Assembly: GCA_964016885.1 (NCBI GenBank)
Contig: OZ024740.1
Span: 95,480,001 to 95,544,000, forward strand
Source: Eledone cirrhosa
Lineage: Eukaryota
DNA length: 64,000 bases
Direction of reading: 5' to 3'
The notes under the pieces were generated by a model, which had not been told where the DNA came from, searched no databases, and saw only the letters and a program-made list of their open reading frames with translations. Positions 55,074-64,000 of the stretch are shown here, in pieces; position 1 is the first letter of the stretch, and each line of letters starts with the position of its first letter. The position numbers and the translations under genes are program-made.

Positions 55074-55971
55074 AATTAAGATATTCGCTGCAATATAGGT
55101 GTACACGTACACGTACATGTGTGTAACATTTCTATATCGCATATTATACGATAAGTTTATGGATAAACATTTGGAAGAAATTAGCTATGAAGTGTAAAGT
55201 TGTTGCCTGGCTCCATCTACCCTTTTTTAGTAAAAGCAAGGAGGAAGTAACTGACAGCTGTTTCTGGTTGTGTGATCGTCGTCAAGGAAACGAACCCCAG
55301 TCCACGGCTCGTACTGGAATTTAGATAATCTGCAAATCTATAGAGTTAACGCCTATGTATACTGGCTGATTAACCTCATTACTACAACCATGCTTCAGTA
55401 GAAACAAGATAGATGTCACCAGCCATACCTTTAACATTTATAACTAAAGGTTACCAAATATTTATTCGTAAACATATCATATAATATTCAAAACAAAAAA
55501 CATGTGTGAGGCTTGTGATTTCTAATTTGGGGTTTGTATGGCGAAAGTGATAGCAACCACTGAGAGATATGGGAGATTTTACGGAGATCTCCCGACATTT
55601 ACACCTAACTTATTTAAAATGAGCGTAAACAAGCCCGTTAGTTATGATAAACTAACAAAAACATGGAACGGTATGTCTTTCAATAGCTGACGTGGGTTTA
55701 AAAAACAATGTTGTCGGACAAAAAGCGTCGTTAATCCAACAGTTAGAAATAATACATTCCCTCTGAAACAGGTTCTAGCATATATAAAACAATAATAAAC
55801 CGTCTGAGAATTTAGTTCAATGTTGAAAACTTGCCTGGCTTCATAGCAAAACAATCTTTGAACAGACATAATTCTAGATCAGATATTATTCATATATTCA
55901 GAAGTTTCAAGCTTATTTGCCGAAGAAAACGGAGTTGCATTTAAATAATGTTTGCAATGCCTTATTTCATA

Positions 55972-56169
55972 ATAGATAACACTGAAATTTATATGAAAGT
56001 AATAAAGTTATCAGTTAAATAATGTAAGATTAGAACATGCTGACTTTGTCATTAATATATATATATATATATACCGACAGTCTGTCGGGCGCCTTCCGGC
56101 GCCGCTGGTCACAGCATGTCGTGCTGTTTTAGCCATAAGATAACGCCATCCCACTATATATATACATAT

Positions 56170-56239
<70 letters not shown>

Positions 56240-56345
56240 TAAATCATGTCCTTAGAATTATTAGATAAAATATATACCATTTCCTCTCTCAATTAGCATA
56301 ATTAACCATATAAAAAAATCAATTAGACCAGGCTAGAAGAATAAA

Positions 56346-56384
<39 letters not shown>

Positions 56385-56427
56385 CATATATATATATATG
56401 TTTTATTCTTATAGCTTATACATCCCG

Positions 56428-56486
<59 letters not shown>

Positions 56487-56702
56487 AATATATATATCGG
56501 CCTGCCCGCCCAGCCAGTGGGATGGCGTTATCTTATGGCTAAAACAGATTGACGCACACTAACCGGCGGCGCCGGTTGGCGCCCGACAAACTGGTCGGTA
56601 TATATATATATATATATATCAATGACAAATTCACCATGTTTTAATCTTACATCATTTAACTAATTACTTTATTACTTTTACATATATTTCAGTGTTATCT
56701 AT
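55972..56702. repeat. Imperfect inverted repeat (~185 bp arms) around a microsatellite-rich spacer
   Basis: 55972-56155 is approximately the reverse complement of 56516-56702 (ctgttttagccataagataacgccatcccact). Confidence 0.8.
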
Positions 56703-56982
56703 ATTTAAACTCAGATTTACATTTCTTATATATATATATATAAGAAATGTAAATCTGAGTTTTTCTAATATTAATAATAATATTCGATTCGTTTGCAATA
56801 CATTGAATGAACGAAAAGGTGAAGGGCATAGAAAAACAAACACACATCACAAGCAATTGCTGGTAATGTACCAATATACGTTGCAACCGAACTTTTCTCT
56901 CTTGTGTGTCCCTCAGTTAACAATTGTTTTCCAAAATATTACTTATACCAGTGGACAATTATCTCCACGGGCGGTATGACGC

Positions 56983-57023
<41 letters not shown>

Positions 57024-57031
<8 letters not shown>

Positions 57032-58900
57032 GTACATACATATATGTATACAGACATACAGTAGTATGTATATATATATATATACATACATGCACACATA
57101 TATACAGGTACGTATGGATTCACAGAACATTTATTGTAATGCTCCTTGTGTTTGTAAACAAACATCCCGTATTAAGCCATAGTGTCTAGCAACCATCGTT
57201 GCTCGTTTGTTCAACACTGACAAAGGAACGCTGTACTAGTTTCAAGCTTATTAGCTATCGTCAACAACGTATACCTTGCTGCCAGATTGTGGAACGTATA
57301 TACTTACCTTATTCATATTAAGGGCTGAGTAGCCAATATGCATATCAAGTGGGTTAATAGGCCGGGTGCACCGAAAACGATAAACGGAAACAATGAAACG
57401 AAATTTAATTTCCCTCTCATAGTACGGCTGTTATTTAAATATAAGTATGTACACGTTCATACATATATGTATACAGACATACAGTAGTATGTATATATAT
57501 ATATACATACATGCATAGAGATATACATGTACGTATGGATTCACCGAACAGTTATTATAATGCTCCTTGTGTTTGTAAACAAACATCCCGTATTAAGTCA
57601 TAGTGTTTAGCAACCATCGTTGTTCGTTTGTTCAACACTGACAAAGAAACGCTGTACTAGTTTCAAGCTTATTAGCTATCGTCAGTAACGTATACCTTCC
57701 GGCCAGATTGTTAAACGTATATACTTACCTTATGCATATTAACGGCTGAGTAGCCCAATTTGCATATCGAGTGGGTTAATCGGCCGGGTGCATCGAACAC
57801 GATAAACGGAACAGCTGAAACGAAATTTCATTTCCCACTCTTAGTACGGCTGTTACTTAAATATAAGTATGTACACGTACATACATATATGTATACAGAC
57901 ATACAGTAGTATGTATATATATATATACATACACACACATATATACATGTACGTATGGATTCACCGAACATTTATGATAATGCTCGGTGTGTTTATAAAC
58001 AAACATCCCGTATTAAGCCATAGTGCCTAGCAACCATCGTTTCTCGTTTGTTCCACACTGACAATGGAACGATGTACTAGTTTCAAGCTTATTAGCTATC
58101 GTCAGCAACGTATAGCTTCCTGCCAGATTATTGAACGTATATATATACCTTATGCATATTAACGGCTTAGTAGCCCAATTTGCATATCGAGTGGGTTAAT
58201 CGGCCGGGTGCCCCGAACACTTAAATATAAGTATGTACACGTACATACATATATGTATACAGACCTACAATAGTATGTATATATTTATACATACATGCAC
58301 ACATATATACATGTATGTATGGATTCATCAAACAATTATTACAATACTCGGTGTGTTTGTAAACAAACATCCCGTATTAAGCCATAGTGTCAAGCAACCA
58401 TCGTTGCTCGTTTGTTCAACACTGACAAAGGAACGCTGTACTAGTTTCAAGATTATTAGCTATCGTCAGCAACGTATACCTTCCTGCCAGATTGTTGAAC
58501 GTATATACTGCCAGATTGTTGAACACGATAAACGGACAAAATGAAACGAAATTTCATTTCCCACTCTTAGTACGGCTGTTACTTAAATATAAGTATGTAC
58601 ACGTACATACATATATGTATACAGACATACAGTAGTATGTATATATATATACATACATGCACACATAATTACATGTAACTATGGATTCACCAAACATTTA
58701 TTATAATGCTTGGTGTGTTTGTAAACAAACATCCCCTATTAAGCCATAGTGTTTAGCAACCATCGTTGGTCGTTTGTTCAGATTGTTGAACGTATATACT
58801 TACCTTATGCATATTAACGGCTGAGTAGATCAATTTGCATATCGAGTGGGCTAACTGCCGGGTGCACCGAAAACGATAAACGGAAAAAATGAAACGAAAT
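57024..58900 (-). mobile_element. Tandem array of ~420 bp units each carrying a minimal HHR (non-LTR retrozyme-like)
   Basis: Units start at ~57024, 57447, 57869, 58233 and 58594. HHRs lie at 57228-57270, 57649-57691, 58069-58111 and 58433-58475; the motif is deleted in unit 5. (TA)n flanks. Confidence 0.85.
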
Positions 58901-58932
58901 ATGTATATATATGAGTGTGTATATATATATAT

Positions 58933-59186
58933 ATAATAAAAAGTGTGATTTCATATGTCTCCATAACGTTTATTCGTTTATTGAGAGGTGACGCGCGTTT
59001 TGCTATTGATCAATTCAAAGTTCGATCTGGATCTATCTAACCCAACTCCGCTGTGTTCCGTTAAACTTTTCATTCCATATTTCGTCTAGATTGATACATA
59101 TGCAACCTTGAGCTGATCAATAGAGACACGCGCATCACTACTCAATTGACGTATTGAACAGATGACAAATAGTTATTTTTTATTAT
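58933..59186. mobile_element. MITE-like imperfect palindrome
   Basis: 58968-59039 pairs with 59087-59159; termini ataataaaaa/tttttattat; TA context. Confidence 0.6.
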
Positions 59187-59274
59187 TACAATTACAGTCT
59201 GTTTACGACTGCACCTCTATAGTGACTGCATCGAGTGATCACTAAGGTGAAATTGTAATACCTGTACGTTATAT

Positions 59275-59426
<152 letters not shown>

Positions 59427-59524
59427 TAAAATATCAGATTACAAGTTAAGCAAAGAATCGCTGCGTTCACCCTTAACGGGATGTTCTGAAACTCAGAGAA
59501 TCAGAAGATCCCGTTAACGTTTCC

Positions 59525-59589
<65 letters not shown>

Positions 59590-60799
59590 CTTCTCTTCTT
59601 GGTTGTCCATCGTGAACGATGATGACATTTTCATTATTTTAGATCCCGTCTGCCGTGGGCATGAAGGTGGCACTGGAGATCGATCAGGGACTTCCTTGGC
59701 TGCAGTAGATAGCCACGACGTCTGTAGTGCCTATAAATATATATATATATATATACGAACATACAAAGTAGGAGAAAAAGAGAGTATGATAGGAGGATTT
59801 CACTATACTATATGTATCAGCGTCTGTATGTGTGCGTGATTCTTTATGTTTATGACATGCATCACATTATTGCACATTCTAAAAGGAAGAAGTAATGCAA
59901 ACAAGACACATACCAACTTGCAGCTGTTGAGACCATACAACATCCTTTCATTGTATCAGGAATCCCAAATGTGCTGACCTACAGATATAATTTCACACAA
60001 TCAAAGAAAGTCCGGAGATGATATATGAGAATAACAGCAATTGATTTCATGTAAATATTTAACCTCATTGCACAATCATTTGCATGCAGGAGGAGAGAGA
60101 ACTCCATAATCCTATAACATTATACATGGTAACTGCATGATTGTGAGTGCTGTATTACAAGAAATAAATGGAGCATTCTGGAAAAATGATAGCAATCCCT
60201 TACCATGGACTGTCCCCTCCCGAAAACACTTACAGATATAGCAGCAGGTTATGTTATCCATCAACAAGTAGTTTGTCTAACATATTTTGGAAGAAATACT
60301 CCATTAGGCATAGGGGGAATAACATCCCGGTACATCTAATAGATTCTACCTTAGCTCTACAAGACCCATGCCATATTGTAACAAGCTGATAAAATTTACG
60401 AAAGCCTAAAATCCTCTGACACAAGTATCAGTTACAGCAAAGAGTCATTACCAATATCATTTAAACATTCAATCAGCCAGCGACTCCATATGTGGATACC
60501 TGCGTAAATGTGTGTATGTATGCCTATATGCTTGAGTGTGTGCCTATGTGAGTGTGCTTGTGTGCGCGCTATTGTTGTATGAACAGAGACAATGTGAAAT
60601 ATACACTTTCTGATATCTCCAGACATTTGATAAGAATACGTCACCATTCTGCTACATAATTATCAGTATATTTATTTGCATTGTCGTAAATTAAATATTC
60701 ATTTTAGTGGAAAGATGAAAGATCGCTAACCGACTGGAATATTGTTAATATTGCATTGTACGCATAATCCAGACTGTTAAGAGGCTAAATAAATTCGTC

Positions 60800-61700
60800 T
60801 AAGCAGTAAATGTTATATATGCTTCCGTGGTAATTTGGGCAACAGACTGGCATTAACATTTGGCAAATAATAGAAAATGTCTGCTCTTATCGGTCGTCGA
60901 AATGGATGTGCAATCTTAAAATCACTCAATGATTCTGCAGGTTCGTTCGGGATTATATCGCTGAACAAGATAATTAAACGCTACTCTGAAGTTTTCTTTA
61001 ACATGATCACAAAGAAAATGTTTCAGGTAATGAAGAGCCTTTGACGAAAAGTTTCTAAACTTAATGTAATGTCGGCTATGATGTCTATGAAGTCTGTTAG
61101 GACTTCAATATTTTCCAGACCACATGATGGGTTTCCGTTCCGGATGTAATATTTTAGGTATGGCCTTGGGTTTCTCTAAGTTAATTCGAAAGCAATCGTG
61201 GGTGGCTGTCGCAAGTGGGCTGCTGAAATGATCTGCTGTAATAACATCTGAGGAATGTCATTTGACCTGTTAACATTGAATTGAACAAATTCAGGTTTGT
61301 CTGTATGGGTTTTAAATACATGTTTGGAGATGCCTTAAAATATAGTTCACTACAACAACAAAATAGAATAATGCATGTATGTTCCCATGTACGACACCAG
61401 TGTTGATATTAAAAGGCAGACTCATGTCACTACCAGGAGGGACACAGCTGGTATCGTTGAAGTAGATTGAAACAACAGCATCATCAATTTTGTAAAGTAT
61501 TACATAGGCTTTGTGTGGAATGATTCAAAAGGCGTGGTTGAAATCTACAAAGGTGCCAACAATTGGTAGCTAGTTTTGGTGTCAAGATATAGCGCGTTCC
61601 GTATCTCGTGTAGCTTTCACTCCAGATAGTTTCCATCCTTGTGAAATCCCACATAACTTCTTCGAAGGAAGATATTTATTTAATGTTTCGTTGATACGAT
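60800..61700 (-). pseudogene. Highly decayed RTE-like LINE RT fragment
   Basis: The minus strand gives FVDFNHAF (~61550) and FNINTGVVHGNIHALFYFVVVVNYILR (~61330-61410), resembling GVLQGDTLAPFLFIIV. Confidence 0.55.
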
Positions 61701-61716
61701 TAAGGAGTATTATCTT

Positions 61717-61860
61717 TTCCAGCATAGTTACGTCCCTTTACGATCTGAGTTCAAATCCCGCCAAGGTTGACTTTGCCTTTCATCCTTACGGGTCGATAAA
61801 ATAAAGTACCAGTAATGCACTGCGTAATTGTTGGCCTTGTGCCTAAAGTAGAAGCAATTA
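61717..61860 (+). mobile_element. SINE family B, 5'-truncated
   Basis: TSD attatctt at 61709-61716 and 61857-61864. Confidence 0.9.
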
Positions 61861-61980
61861 TCTTAAATACTATTCCAGTATTTGATATCAGTGTTATTCA
61901 ATGGATCGGTTTCATATTCTTCTTTTGATAGATTCGTAGTAATAGGTATGATACTAATTTCTCTCCACCGCTTTAGTGCT

Positions 61981-62119
<139 letters not shown>

Positions 62120-62391
62120 TGAGGTTTATTAAAAAAATCCATCAAAAGCCGAGATGAGTGAAAGTATGAGAAAAAAAATTGATAATGCAACTGGAGTCTT
62201 GTAAGAATATTTATTTATTAAATTAACCAGTTTCATAGTTCTTTGGATTTTCAGCAGTAAGATTGAGATGGCGTGATTGTGCTTCTGTTGTGGTTTTTCT
62301 CCATAAAAGTAACACCTAATATTTACTTTTGAAAATCATAAAACGTGTGCAAGCGATAAAGTAAATAATTCATTTTCAAATGTTATATTTG

Positions 62392-62477
<86 letters not shown>

Positions 62478-62989
62478 GAAACAGATGAAATCCAAAATGG
62501 AGGTGGATCTTTTTTTTTAAATATATTTATTTGTTTCCTTTACCAGTGGTTTCGCAGTTCTTATGCTTTTCAAAATTAGAATTTAGATTGAGAGTTTGTA
62601 GTTTTTCTCGCATCTGGTTGGTGTTTGAATGTTACTGCTGTTTTATATGGTAAAAAAGTGGCTCGAAATGATAGGTTTTTAGAAATGTGTTTGGGTATTG
62701 CAGTCGCGTGAATAAGCACATCAGCTTTCGCACCAGTTTATGTTTGAATTCCTTTTTACTTAAAAAAAAGTGGCTCACGAAGGCTTTTTTTTATAAATGT
62801 AATTTGCTTAAACGAAATTATTAAATTTCACGCCTGTACTTTGGAATTTTTTATAGCCATTTAGAGAGTCTTCTGCCAAACAAACGATAATGGTCAAGAA
62901 AAACGGGATGGAGAGAATTGTTCTGGTTCAGGGAGCATGGTTGATGTGTTGAAATGTAATTTGATTGGTTATAAATGAAATTATGACTC

Positions 62990-63852
62990 TCACGTGAACA
63001 AGTACATTAAATTTCACGCTATTCACCTGCTATTCACCTCCAAGCAACCAAAGCATTCAAAGACGAGCATCCCTTTTAACATAGCAAGAGGAATTTGCAC
63101 AATTGTCTCCAATTATGACACGCGAAATAAAAGACTTCAAGAAGTAAAGGAAATTCTGTTCGAAAGACAGTACCCACCATTACTAATAAATAATGGAATA
63201 GAAAGAGATAAAGCAATATGCATTGATGAATTACGAAAGTAGATACAAATTCAAGGTCCGTCCAATATTATATCATATATCTCAACACAGAACCCACGGA
63301 ATGCGGAATCTTACAACATTATTCACAAGAACATCCCACTATTGAAACAAGACCCAAGAATGAATAAATATCTTGAAACTCATGAAATAATCAAAAGTAA
63401 AAGACAACCGAAATCACTAAAAACGTTACTCACCAATGACATATTACCTACAAACCCACAACCAGCTGTCAAAAAATGCGGTCGCTCTAATTCTGGAACC
63501 TGCACTCACCTCATTGACGGGAAAATTTTGTTGTAAAAAATCACTTCACTTGCTTATTAAATAATTTAATTTATGCAATTAAATGTAAATGTAAGTTTGC
63601 AATGAAGATTATATAGGACAAACTAAACTCACACTCAGAAACAGAATGACAGTACATCGCCAAAAATTACGAGATCCTACCAGAAGACAGATACCACTCA
63701 GTGCACATGTAGACATATGCGCAAGTAATAAGGCACCCGAATTCTAAGTCTTCCCATTTTATCTTTGCGCTGACAATGCAACAGAACAAATACGCATAAC
63801 TAAGGAAAATATGTTTATTCAAAAATATAGACCAGCATTAAGTATAGTTTAA
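62990..63852 (+). mobile_element. Decayed PLE 3' region (Naiad/Poseidon-type), related to 1945-3690
   Basis: SIPFNIARGICTIVS, RQYP, LETHEIIKSKRQPKSLK, CGRSNSGTC, NLIYAIKC, YIGQT, RMTVH, LSAH, FIQKYRPAL. Confidence 0.8.
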
Positions 63853-64000
63853 TATACATTATATTCAACACCATAAATTGCTAACCTTCACATACACGTG
63901 TAACCATAATATATGTGTGTGTGAGCGGACTTGTGAAATACCAAACCCAGCATGAGTCCATTGAAGTGTGTTGGAGGGAGAGTAGCTGATGGCCAATATG

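Noticed and set aside
55400-55960. Possible decayed DNA transposase (PNLFKMSVN resembling P-element PHL.K..RN)
   Set aside because: A single weak motif with no continuous frame or TIRs.
62990-63852. Selenocysteine (UGA-for-Cys) recoding as reported for some Naiad PLEs
   Set aside because: The visible Cys positions use TGT/TGC and the observed stops are TAA/TAG decay; no SECIS was identified.

Overview
This is AT-rich eukaryotic DNA, dense in (TA)n, (GA)n and (TAA)n microsatellites. The SINE families and repeat mix suggest an octopod cephalopod (inference). I could not support any host protein-coding gene; almost everything interpretable is mobile-element derived. (1) A ~22 kb contiguous pile-up of retroelements joined at (TAA)n tracts (about 17.5-39.4 kb) holds three Dong/R4-clade RT+RLE LINEs (+), two full-length Tx1/L1-clade LINEs (-) and two tRNA-derived SINEs (-). 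One Tx1 is broken only by two single-base homopolymer indels. The SINE 3' tail resembles the Tx1 3' ends. (2) Many Penelope-like elements (PLEs; Neptune-type and Naiad/Poseidon-type) and their inverted or tandem pseudo-LTRs sit in (TA)n. They carry recognisable type I hammerhead ribozyme (HHR) motifs with family-specific, mostly palindromic stem III loops and stem II regions up to ~100 nt. (3) Two ORF-less HHR-bearing repeat arrays (about 10.3-11.7 kb and 57.0-58.9 kb) look like non-LTR retrozymes. (4) There are two Helitrons; one lies next to, and may have captured, a 28S rRNA fragment from beside the R2/R4/R1 target region. All alignments and folds were done by eye; no searches were run.
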